A stretch of DNA of 63,405 nt, the filler included, from Octopus bimaculoides (taxonomy: Eukaryota), in NCBI RefSeq assembly GCF_001194135.2. It is 8 parts of 8 records of this genome, joined end to end, with 100 filler letters (N's around TTAATTAATTAA, not from the genome) between each part and the next. Parts side by side here need not be neighbours in the genome. Positions count along the whole stretch, not along the records: positions 39,921 to 54,912 come from NC_068985.1; positions 55,013 to 60,719 come from NC_069008.1; 6 more parts are not named here. One strand, 5' to 3'. Of this stretch, positions 49,960 through 60,405 are shown piece by piece. The position numbers were made by a program, and so were the translations under genes. How positions within the stretch are numbered: the first letter of the stretch is position 1; each line of letters begins with the position of its first letter. The notes under the pieces are model-generated. The model had not been told where the DNA came from and ran no database searches. It was given only the letters and a program-made list of their open reading frames with translations.

Positions 49960-51337
49960 TATATACGTCGGGATTCTTTAAGTTTCCGTCTACCAAATCC
50001 ACTCCCAAGGCCCAAAGCTTTGGTTGACCATAGGGTATAGTAGAAGACACTTGCCCAAGGTGTCACGCAGTGGAACTGAACCCGGAACCATGTGGTTGGG
50101 AAGCAAGCTTCCTTACCCCACAGCCACGCCTACGTCTATTTATACTCTTTACTCTTTTACTTGTTTCAGTCATTTGACTACGGCCATGCTAGAGTACCGC
50201 CTTTAGTCGAGCAAATCGACCCCAGGACTTATTCTTTTTAAGCCTAGTACTTATTCTATCGGTCTGTTTTACCGAACCGCTAAGTTACGGGGACATAAAC
50301 ACACCGGCATCGATGTTGGGTGGGGGACAAACACAAACACATGAACATATACCCACACATACATATATATACATATATATGACGGGCTTCTTTCAGTTTC
50401 CGTCTACCAAATCCACTCACAAGGAACCATGTGGTTGGTAAGTAAGCTACTTACCACACAGCCACTGTTGAAATTATTTCTACTTTACATGGATTTTTAC
50501 AACTAAGGGAAGAAAAATATAATTGAAGAGGAGAAAGAGAAGAATGGAAGCAGAATAGCTGAGAGAGAAAGACAAATAAAGTAAGGGGGCGGAGATAATA
50601 CATAAAAAGACAAAGATTGTGTCTTGAAGAAGGAAAGAGAATTTGGTAGAAAGTTTTAGGAAGCGATTGCTGTTGTATTCACCAGCATTGAGTAGACAAA
50701 TGGGAAACTGAATGCTTGTTAGTTAATGATCACACACGGATTGCAAAACGAAAATAAAATAAATTTTATTTTATCATATTTTATTTCATTTTATTTTATT
50801 TTATTAATTCTAGATTTATGAATTCGTAAATATCATTGAAATAAGGTGGGAGGTAATGAAAAGGAAAGGGTAAATAAGTATTAACATATTTGAAAAATTT
50901 CTGCTGTCGTCTGCTAAGAAATTGAAAGAAGCCAAATCACGTGGTCATCCATGGTTGGGTATGGCTGTGTTGGTTATTATGTTGCTATGGGTTACCGGTT
51001 TTAGGCAAACAAACCATATCTCCTGCTGTGTGAGCTAATTGAAAATAAAATAAAAAGAAGTATATAAATAAAATTGATAAAAAAATGTTCTTAACAATGT
51101 TATAAACAACGTCCAAATATTGGAGATTATCGCTCTTAAACAAACATTATATCAGAACCACCATAAAGACAGAAAAAAAACAACTAAAGTATAATTTCAA
51201 AATATATTTTAAAAGAAAAGATATGAAGGAAGTCCGTTGAGAGTAAAAGGAAAGAAACAAGAAAATACCAAATAAAAAGAAAAAAACAATTGCGAAATGA
51301 AAATAACGAAAATAGACGGTGGGGGTGAGATGTTTTT

Positions 51338-51380
<43 letters not shown>

Positions 51381-51926
51381 GGAGTCAGAAGTTGGAGGGA
51401 AAGAAACCTGCGGTTAGAGGGAGCAGAGCAAATCCAAATATATTTGTGGGAACGGAGGGTTTGGACAACAGTGAAGAGCGAATGCTAAGAAATAGAAAGG
51501 AAATTATACGTTCGTGTGTGTGTGTGTGTGTGTGGAAGCGCAATGGTACAGTGGTTAGGGCAGCGGACTCGCGGTTTCGACTCCCGGACCGGGCGTTGTG
51601 AGTGTTTATTGAGCGAAAACACCTAAAGCTCCACGAGGCTCCGGCAGAGNNNNNNNNNNNNNNNNNNNNNNNNNNNNNNNNNNNNNNNNNNNNNNNNNNN
51701 NNNNNNNNNNNNNNNNNNNNNNNNNNNNNNNNNNNNNNNNNNNNNNNNNNNNNNNNNNNNNNNNNNNNNNNNNNNNNNNNNNNNNNNNNNNNNNNNNNNN
51801 NNNNNNNNNNNNNNNNNNNNNNNNNNNNNNNNNNNNNNNNNNNNNNNNNNNNNNNNNNNNNNNNNNNNNNNNNNNNNNNNNNNNNNNNNNNNNNNNNNNN
51901 NNNNNNNNNNNNNNNNNNNNNNNNNN

Positions 51927-51972
<46 letters not shown>

Positions 51973-52155
51973 TATGTGTGTGTGTACTTGTATGTGTGTA
52001 TGAGTGTGTGCTTATGTGTGTTTGTGTGTATGTGTGTATTTGTGTTTGTGTGTGAGTGTGTGTGTATTTGTGTGTTAGTGTGTGTGTGTGTGTGTTTGTT
52101 TGTGTGTGTGAGTATATGTGTATGTGTGGGTTTGTATAAGTGTCTGTGTATTTTT

Positions 52156-52205
<50 letters not shown>

Positions 52206-53076
52206 ATGCAGCACGGAATTTTGTCAGTGAAAAGGTCGTGGTCCCAAGGCGACGAAAATGTTTTGGCAAATTAAATTTAAATGTTGAAGTGAATCTAACG
52301 GTTTTTGTATGTTTCTTAAATGGCTTATAAACACCTTCCACGCTGCAATTGTTTCTTGTTTCAGCACACAATCTCAGATCAGGTCACTCACTATGCAAGT
52401 ACATCTCCGCAATTTATTATTCTTAAACAAAATTATTATCGGCAGTGACTTGTTGCTTTGACCTTTACATTGTCAAAGAAAAAGGCTTAAATCCAATAAA
52501 ACCAAAAATAACCAAAACTTCTGACATTCTGGTATCTACCCAAGAAAAGTGACACACCTAACTAATCACGCTTGCAAAGTTTTGTATAAATTCTAAACAA
52601 TAACATAACCCTAAATTTAATCAAGAAAAATTTCTCCAAAACTCCTCTCCATAACAACTAACCATAAAAACCTAATTGCCACCCTTCACAAACCCACACA
52701 CCCAAGGAAGATTGTAAGTTAACAGAGATTGTATAGAGCCAAGATTAACTTCAATGCATCGCAGTCCGACAATGACTTAGCTGGCCAGAACTTCGAGGTT
52801 ACTGTCTATGATATTCTGGTTTAATAATAAGTTAATATGGATGTAAGAGTATAAAATTAAATATCGATTTACCTGAGATACAAGTATCTTTCCATTACTT
52901 TTCCCCCCTTGTTAATGAAGAGAAAATTCTGCCACACACAAACCCACAGACGTACAGATACAAACGAACTCACACAACACACGCACACACACACATATAC
53001 ACACACATACATACATATATACATACATATATACATACATATATACATACATGCATACATACATATATACATGCAT

Positions 53077-53107
<31 letters not shown>

Positions 53108-53697
53108 NNNNNNNNNNNNNNNNNNNNNNNNNNNNNNNNNNNNNNNNNNNNNNNNNNNNNNNNNNNNNNNNNNNNNNNNNNNNNNNNNNNNNNNNNNNNN
53201 NNNNNNNNNNNNNNNNNNNNNNNNNNNNNNNNNNNNNNNNNNNNNNNNNNNNNNNNNNNNNNNNNNNNNNNNNNNNNNNNNNNNNNNNNNNNNNNNNNNN
53301 NNNNNNNNNNNNNNNNNNNNNNNNNNNNNNNNNNNNNNNNNNNNNNNNNNNNNNNNNNNNNNNNNNNNNNNNNNNNNNNNNNNNNNNNNNNNNNNNNNNN
53401 NNNNNNNNNNNNNNNNNNNNNNNNNNNNNNNNNNNNNNNNNNNNNNNNNNNNNNNNNNNNNNNNNNNNNNNNNNNNNNNNNNNNNNNNNNNNNNNNNNNN
53501 NNNNNNNNNNNNNNNNNNNNNNNNNNNNNNNNNNNNNNNNNNNNNNNNNNNNNNNNNNNNNNNNNNNNNNNNNNNNNNNNNNNNNNNNNNNNNNNNNNNN
53601 NNNNNNNNNNNNNNNNNNNNNNNNNNNNNNNNNNNNNNNNNNNNNNNNNNNNNNNNNNNNNNNNNNNNNNNNNNNNNNNNNNNNNNNNNNNNNNNNN

Positions 53698-53729
<32 letters not shown>

Positions 53730-53769
53730 GTATGTATGTATATATATTGAAGACCACTGGGAGTGAGGC

Positions 53770-54250
53770 ACCCCTCAGCTTTTGTTAAAGTATGTCTCTA
53801 GAAGTATCGGTCATTTTGAGAGTATTTTGTTGGCGTTTGAGACCCTAGGGCTTCCATATTCCTGAACCTGCAACCCATATTGGCACTGGATATTTAGCCC
53901 TAGCTTGCCATTGGATCATGTCAGTAAGGTGGAGAGGGTTTATGAGGTACTGTGTAAAGTACTCCATCCAGTGAGAGATAAATACAATTTAATGTACACA
54001 GTATAAAGATACCAGCTAGTTTCTTGCTTTGGGGCCACGGGTCTAGGCAGATTTATATAGCACATCGTGGTTTCGTGATTCCTTTTGTGCCGGCGTCTTG
54101 ATTTGCAAATAAAATTGACCACGTGCTCAGAGCCGTAAGCTTGCTTGGAGACACTAGGCATGTTAAAAAAACTTGTTTAGACACGTGTCTCCTAAGCAAG
54201 AAACTCTTAACTCGTAACTTTATACTGCGTACATTAAATGATAGTATTAT
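53770..54250 (+). mobile_element. Possible decayed CR1/L2-type LINE fragment
   Basis: Reads PIL..W.FSPSLPLDHVSKVERV, resembling RP.LEY....W.P......LE.VQ. Confidence 0.35.
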
Positions 54251-54404
54251 CTATGTTTGTATGTATGTATGTGTGTGTGTATGTATGTATGTATGTAGAT
54301 CATGATGGGAGGAGAAAAGAGAATAAATTCATAAAAGTAAATGTTTTGCGTATGTATGTTTGTGTAAAGGAGAGAAACGGAGCAACAAAGAGAAAGTGAG
54401 ATGA

Positions 54405-54445
<41 letters not shown>

Positions 54446-55049
54446 GGAGAACGCAGCTGGTAAGGAGACAGAGAAGAAAAAGAAACGTTTACAGTTTGCA
54501 GTTTATTTTTAGTCAACCAAAATATTGAACATCAAAAAACTTGAAGTATTTCATATTTTTGCTTCTTTCATTCATATTTCGAGAGTAAAAAAGAACTCTC
54601 TCTCTCTCCCTTTCACTCTCTTTCACTCGCTTTCACACACACACACACACATACACAACACACATACACATATACACACATGCACACATACACACATGCA
54701 CACACGCACACACACCTCTCACATACACAATACTCACTCACATACATAACACACACGCACGCACGAAAACATACACAATATGCACATACACGCACACGCA
54801 CAAAAAATATACACACACGGAAACACACATACAGACACATAAACACACACACACCCGTACCTAACACTCACAATCCCACACACACACGCACATCCACACA
54901 CATACACACACANNNNNNNNNNNNNNNNNNNNNNNNNNNNNNNNNNNNNNNNNNNNTTAATTAATTAANNNNNNNNNNNNNNNNNNNNNNNNNNNNNNNN
55001 NNNNNNNNNNNNACTCAGCTTGATAAAAACAAAGAGTTATGTGCGCTTT

Positions 55050-55497
55050 ATTAGGCATTTGACTATGGCCATGCTGGAGCACTGACTCAAAGAATTTTTT
55101 TAATTATTATTTTAAGTCGAATGAATCCACTGCAGTAGTTTTTTTTTTAAAGTCTAGTACTTCTTCTATCGATCTATTTTGCTGAACTGCTAGTTTACGA
55201 GGACGTAAAGAAACCAACACCGGTTATCAAACTGTGGCGGAGGACGAACACACACGCACACACACGGGCAAATGTCTCCTAGTATAGCCACGGGCCGACC
55301 AAAGCCTCGTGAGTGAATTTGGTAGACAGAAACTGAAAGAAGCCCGTCGTATATTTGTGTGTGTTTGTCCCCAAAATCGCTTGACAACCGATGCTGGTGT
55401 GTTTACGTCCCCGTAACTTAGCGGTTCGGCAAAAGTGGCCGATAGAATAAGTACTAGGCTTACAAAGAATAAGTCCTGGGGTTGATTTTTTTCGACT
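55050..55497. mobile_element. Adjacent family A SINE fragments in opposite orientation (55050-55265 minus, 55266-55497 plus)
   Basis: tctagtacttcttctatcgatc...tttacgaggacgtaaag pairs with tttacgtccccgtaac...gatagaataagtactagg. Confidence 0.8.
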
Positions 55498-55507
55498 ACA
55501 TCCATCA

Positions 55508-55682
55508 ATGGATGGATAGACAGATGGATGGATGGACAAACGAATGGATGGACGGACGGACAGATGGATGGACAAACAAATGGATGGACAGACGGACGGA
55601 TGGATGGACAGATGGATGGATGGATGGATGGACAGGCGGATGGATGGACAGACGGATGGACATACAGATGGATGGATGGATG
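55508..55682. repeat. (GGAT/GGAC)n tetranucleotide microsatellite
   Basis: Directly visible. It generates the HPSI/DGWT ORFs in the track. Confidence 0.95.
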
Positions 55683-55919
55683 CATGACAGTCAGTCAAAC
55701 ATTGATGGTCATCTACACACAGTCACTCAGCTGCCCGCTGATGGTCACTCACAACACTGATGGTTAGCTCCTTGGTTACTGATTGCTAAAGCACTTACTG
55801 AATGGTCACCTCCCACAAAGGCAGTTCCCTGAACCAGAACCACATCAACAACAACAGAGCTATCAGCCAAGGAACTGAGGAGTGGGGGCCGGGGTCCAAT
55901 ACCTCGTGTGGGTACCTAC

Positions 55920-56000
55920 CATGTGTAGAAGTTCTCCCAGCAATATCACAGCTCTGATAAATAAATGTCCCTCTGTGCTGGTAATGACTTCCACCAAGGC
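55920..56000 (-). CDS. RICTOR: RICTOR exon (81 nt, phase 0-0)
   Basis: tttcag|GCC...ATG|gtaggt. Encodes ALVEVITSTEGHLFIRAVILLGELLHM versus human GLVEVITNSDDHISVRATILLGELLHM (recalled). Confidence 0.92.
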
Positions 56001-56821
56001 CTGAAAGCAAATGACAAAGAACATGAGAAAATTCAGGTAAATGACATCATCACAACAACAACAACAACATTAGTCCTTTCTACTCTAAGCACAAGGCCTC
56101 AAATTTTGCGGGGAGGGGACTAATCAGTTATGCTGACCACAATGTTTCAGCATGCCTGGGCGAAATGCTTAGGGAGGAGGAGGAGGGATGAGGAGGGNNN
56201 NNNNNNNNNNNNNNNNNNNNNNNNNNNNNNNNNNNNNNNNNNNNNNNNNNNNNNNNNNNNNNNNNNNNNNNNNNNNNNNNNNNNNNNNNNNNNNNNNNNN
56301 NNNNNNNNNNNNNNNNNNNNNNNNNNNNNNNNNNNNNNNNNNNNNNNNNNNNNNNNNNNNNNNNNNNNNNNNNNNNNNNNNNNNNNNNNNNNNNNNNNNN
56401 NNNNNNNNNNNNNNNNNNNNNNNNNNNNNNNNNNNNNNNNNNNNNNNNNNNNNNNNNNNNNNNNNNNNNNNNNNNNNNNNNNNNNNNNNNNNNNNNNNNN
56501 NNNNNNNNNNNNNNNNNNNNNNNNNNNNNNNNNNNNNNNNNNNNNNNNNNNNNNNNNNNNNNNNNNNNNNNNNNNNNNNNNNNNNNNNNNNNNNNNNNNN
56601 NNNNNNNGTGTCACACTGCTAGAGTCACAATGCACTTGGTGTGGTAGTCTTCCAGTTCTCCCCCAGCAGACAAGGCCAAACCATGACAGCCTGCACTGCC
56701 AGACTTGATTAAAAAGTAGCAGAATGATGTATAAGGGGTAAGGGCAGTGGAGAGGGAGGGAGGGAGGGAGAGGCACAGGTATCTTGCTGTAGCGGACGAT
56801 ACATGGCTAACCACTTTTGTA

Positions 56822-57025
56822 TACAACAGGGTACGGAAATGTTCTTGGCTTTGGGTGAAAGAAAATACAGGAGGATCAGTCAATTATGATTTTATTCAAC
56901 ATAGATTCACACACTTATTGCAACAGTCCTTCAGTTTTTCTAAGCCCTGTAAAAGAACTTGGAAGGTTGGGCCTCAAACAAGGCCTTTGTCGATACCCTT
57001 AAAACCAAGAACTTTCCAGCACCCG

Positions 57026-57063
<38 letters not shown>

Positions 57064-57254
57064 CATACACACATATGAGGGCGTGCTGAAAAATTCTTGG
57101 CTTTGGGTAAAAGAAAATACAGGAGGATCAGTTAATTATGATTTTATTCAACATATTCCCCTCTCAGATTCACATATTTATAGCAGTGGTCCTTCAGTTT
57201 TTCTAAGCCCTGTAAAAGAACTTGGAGAGTTGAGCCTCGAACCAGACCCCCTCA
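56822..57254. mobile_element. Two tandem copies of a mariner-derived MITE (56822-57029 and 57076-57254)
   Basis: Shared ttcttggctttggg..aagaaaatacaggaggatcag...ctaagccctgtaaaagaacttgga. TIR-like ends tatgagggcgtgctgaaaaattcttgg / accaagaactttccagcacccgctcata. Confidence 0.8.
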
Positions 57255-57332
57255 TATAGAGCTGGATGATTATAGTACAAACAACATAGACTTGTATGCC
57301 GGAAAATACAGTTGATGAGAAAAGTGTTTTAC

Positions 57333-57423
57333 CTGACTTTTGCCAAATGTGGTAATATGGCTCTGCCTTCTTCTGCCACGAAACCTTCTAGAAGTTTCCA
57401 TTCTTCTCTCATTGCAGAAGGAT
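57333..57423 (-). CDS. RICTOR: RICTOR exon (91 nt, phase 1-2)
   Basis: ttccag|AT...AG|gtaaaa. Encodes DPSAMREEWKLLEGFVAEEGRAILPHLAKVR versus human DPGRFQDSWRLSDGFVAAEAKTILPHRARSR (recalled). Confidence 0.92.
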
Positions 57424-57530
57424 CTGGAAAGAGAGAAGTGAGACAATGTAAGGTGTAAGGCTGACCTGGCTGAGATAACGACCGACTGAGATGAACGAAA
57501 GCATGTAGAACGGAAGACAGCTAAACTCAC

Positions 57531-57618
57531 CAACACTGTTTAAAGCTTCAACAAAACTGTCTGTCAACTTCGGAGTGGTTAGGCGGAACAAGTCGAACAT
57601 CACATCCATGATGGCTTG
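57531..57618 (-). CDS. RICTOR: RICTOR exon (88 nt, phase 0-1)
   Basis: ccacag|CAA...G|gtgagt. Encodes QAIMDVMFDLFRLTTPKLTDSFVEALNSV versus human RGLLEVLYDIFRLPLPVVTEEFIEALLSV (recalled). Confidence 0.92.
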
Positions 57619-57669
57619 CTGTGGAGAAATGAGAGAAAAAAGGAAAAAAAGAGACAATTATGCATCATA

Positions 57670-58038
57670 ATTGACTGCGGAGCACGGCCTTTTAGTCAAG
57701 CAAATCGACCCCAGGACTTATTCTTTATAAAGCCTAGTACTTATTCTATCGGTCTCTTTTGCTGAACCGCTAAGTTACCAGGACATAAACACACCACCAT
57801 CGGTTGTCAAGCGATGTTGGGGAGGACAAACACAGACACACAAACATAGATACACACACATATACATATATATGACGGGCTTCTTTCAGTTTCCGTCTAC
57901 TAAATCCACTCACAAGGCTTTGGTCGGACCGAGGCTATAGTAGAAGACACATGACCCAAGGTGCCACGCAGTGGGAATGAACCCGGAACCATGTGGTTGG
58001 TAAGCAAGCTACTTACCACACAGCCACTCCTGTGCCTA
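57670..58038 (-). mobile_element. Near full-length family A SINE in a RICTOR intron
   Basis: Minus-strand head ggcacaggagtggctgtgtggtaagtagc...gggttcattcccactgcgtggcaccttggg, an internal microsatellite and tail ...ccgcagtcaat. Confidence 0.9.
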
Positions 58039-58042
58039 TTGT

Positions 58043-58500
58043 GCATCGGAAATTCATCCCCTAGGGATTAGGTCATCAATCAAGAGTTTTACTGCACCGT
58101 TTTGAAGCATTCGAGTGAGGACATTTGGCAAAAGCGGCTGGATCAGTGGAGCGCGACGGATTGGGTCCTTCCTGATAACAAAGCACCGTGTCATTGAGTT
58201 CTCCTCACTCAGGTGTTTCGTGCTAAAAACAACATGGTATCACCTCTGTACCCACCCTATTCGCCAGATTTAGCACCTGTGGACTTTCATCTCTTCCCTC
58301 AAAAATGAAAAGGCATCTCAAAGGTTGCCATTTTAATTAACACCGTTGTCAAGATTGAGAGAGAATCGCAGAAGGTCCTCGACTCGCGTGTGGAAAACAA
58401 CTTCCCGACCGGATTCCAAGAGTGGCAGGAACATGGAGACCAATGAATTGTGGTGCAAGGTAACTATTTTGAGGGAGATAATGTTAAAACTTAGGTAAAT
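58043..58500 (+). mobile_element. Mariner (DD34D) transposase C-terminal remnant
   Basis: Frameshifted motifs NQEFYCTVLK, DNKAPCH, YPPYSPDLAPVDFHLFP and FQEWQEH...QGNYFEGDN. Confidence 0.85.
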
Positions 58501-58518
58501 AAGTTATTTTCCATTCTA

Positions 58519-58763
58519 TATTTAAGAGATGAGAAATCATGTACATTATTTACAATTGATGGATATTTGTCCTCATTTTTCAGCTGATATAGGTCAAACA
58601 TCTCCCCATAACATTATTTGCATTATTTACATTTGACGGATATTTGTCCTCATCTTGTTTGTTAACACAAACGTTTTGGCTGATATACCCTCCAGCCTTC
58701 ATCAGGTGTCTTGGGGAAATTTCGAACTTAGGTTCTCATTCCTCAGGTATTTTTCAATGTTAC

Positions 58764-58799
<36 letters not shown>

Positions 58800-58940
58800 C
58801 ATTATTATTATCATTATTCAGGTCATATAGCATAGTGGTTAAGAGCATGGGCTACTAAAACTAAGATTCCGAGTTCGATTCCAAGTAGTGACCTGAATAA
58901 AATAATAATGATAATAATAATAATAATGATAATTATGATG

Positions 58941-58971
<31 letters not shown>

Positions 58972-59006
58972 TAATAATAATAATGATAATAATAATAATA
59001 ATGATG

Positions 59007-59053
<47 letters not shown>

Positions 59054-59265
59054 AATAATTATAATTATAATAATAATAATGACAATAATAACATCGAAAA
59101 ATACCTGAGGAATGAGAACTCAGGTTCGAAATTTCCCCAAGACACCTGACGAAGGCTGGAGGGTATATCAGCCGAAACGTTGTGTTAACAACAAACAAGA
59201 TGAGGACAAATATCCGTCAAATGTAAATAATGTAAATAATGTACATAATTCCTCATCTCTTAAAT
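58519..59265. mobile_element. Palindromic pair of tRNA-headed, hammerhead-tailed SINE-like elements
   Basis: Central tRNA-like head with A-box tagcatagtgg (58828-58838) and B-box gagttcgattcc (58871-58882). It is flanked by ttattcaggtca / tgacctgaataa, (TTA)n / (AAT)n and inverted ~150-bp tails. Confidence 0.9.
59141..59186 (+). ncRNA. Minimal type I hammerhead ribozyme motif, probably dimer-dependent
   Basis: gacac-CTGACGA-a-ggctg-gagggtatat-cagcc-GAAAC-GTT-gtgtt. Stem I is gacac/gtgtt, stem II is 5 bp, stem III is a loopless ACGT palindrome. One extra A lies between A9 and G10.1. Confidence 0.6.
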
Positions 59266-59457
59266 AGAGAACTGAAAGACAGATACAAAATAAAATAATA
59301 ATAAAATTTACAAAAGTAAAAATTGAAGAAAAAGGAGTTCTTCAAGAGGAGGGAGGAGGAGGAGGAATGAAAAGTTCAAAGGGAAGAGGGGAAAAGTATA
59401 AGATGTGGTCAAAGATGCTTTGAAGAGAGAGAAAGAAGTAAAGGGAAATTAACTCAC

Positions 59458-59540
59458 CCTAATCTCATTGTTTTGGATATATAGGATGCCTATAAGAGAC
59501 TGTAACCCTGAGCCTGTTGGTCGACACATTCTGATAAGCC
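59458..59540 (-). CDS. RICTOR: RICTOR exon (83 nt, phase 1-0)
   Basis: tttcag|GG...AGG|gtgagt. Encodes GLIRMCRPTGSGLQSLIGILYIQNNEIR versus human GIINLCKPGNSGIQSLIGVLCIPNMEIR (recalled). Confidence 0.93.
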
Positions 59541-59584
59541 CTGAAATAATAGAGAGTAGTGGAGAAAGGGTCAAAAACTGCAGT

Positions 59585-60240
59585 ATGGGATCTGGGAGAT
59601 ATCAAGAGTGTGACATGAAATATAAACAGTAAAGAAGAGGTGGCATGAAATCTAGGACAAAAACTGGTAGGTGGGGGAAAACTATGAAGTGAAATTGGGT
59701 AATTAAAACTGGAGTGTGGAATCTGGGTGGACAGAGGGTTAAGAGTGTGGTGTGGAATCTGGGCAAATCAAATGTGTGGTATGAAATTTTGGCAGAAAAC
59801 TGTAGGATGAAATCTGGGATCAGAACTGTGAAATGAAATTTGGTGATTAAAGCAGGAGCGTGGAATCTGGACAAATCAAGTGTGTGGTGTGAAATTTAAG
59901 CAGAAAACTGTAGCATGAAATCTGGGATCAGAACTGTGAAATGAAATTTGGTGATTAAAGCAGGAGCGTGGAATCTGGACAAATCAATTGTGTGGTGTGA
60001 AATTTAAGCAGAAAACTGTAGCATGAAATCTGGGATCAGAACTGTGAAATGAAATTTGGTTGCCACAGCATGGCCACAGTCTAATGACTGAAACAAGCAA
60101 ATGATGATTAAGACAGGAGTGTGGAATCTGGGCAAATCAAGTGTGTGGTGTGAAATTTAGGTAGTAATAGCAGCATGAAATCTGGGGATCAAATTTTGCA
60201 GTAGAAAGTCTGGGGTCAAGATTATAGCATAAAATCTGAT
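59585..60240. repeat. Minisatellite of ~27-bp monomers with a 108-bp higher-order unit
   Basis: tggaatctgg(g/a)caaatcaa recurs at 59753, 59861, 59969 (period 108) and 60122. Each unit has four monomers (29, 26, 26, 27 nt) starting TG(G/A)AAT(C/T)T. Confidence 0.92.
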
Positions 60241-60405
60241 GGTTAAAGCTCTAAAAATAAGCAACCACATCATGAAAATCTTAACACATACTTAAACACC
60301 AAATTGGATGCTAACTAAATCATTAGAACACATTAGCAAAAATCTAGAGAATCAAAGGCTAAACACAATCTGTGAGAACAGCGATGAGGTAAGGAGGTTA
60401 CTCAC

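Noticed and set aside
55799-55919. Strong GTAAGT donor 121 nt downstream of the 81-nt RICTOR exon
   Set aside because: Extension to it hits an in-frame TGA and has no RICTOR similarity. At most it is a cryptic or poison site.
56608-56720. Candidate for the missing RICTOR exon
   Set aside because: The minus strand reads CRLSWFGLVCWG, like an RTE fragment, with no match to the expected peptide or phases.
58826-58893. Genuine tRNA gene
   Set aside because: The T-stem is largely unpaired and the sequence runs into an (AAT)n SINE-type body. The other tRNA-like heads in the window are likewise SINEs.
59602-59874. ORF with PRFHT repeats
   Set aside because: It is a by-product of the 108-bp minisatellite, lies in a RICTOR intron and has no splice support.
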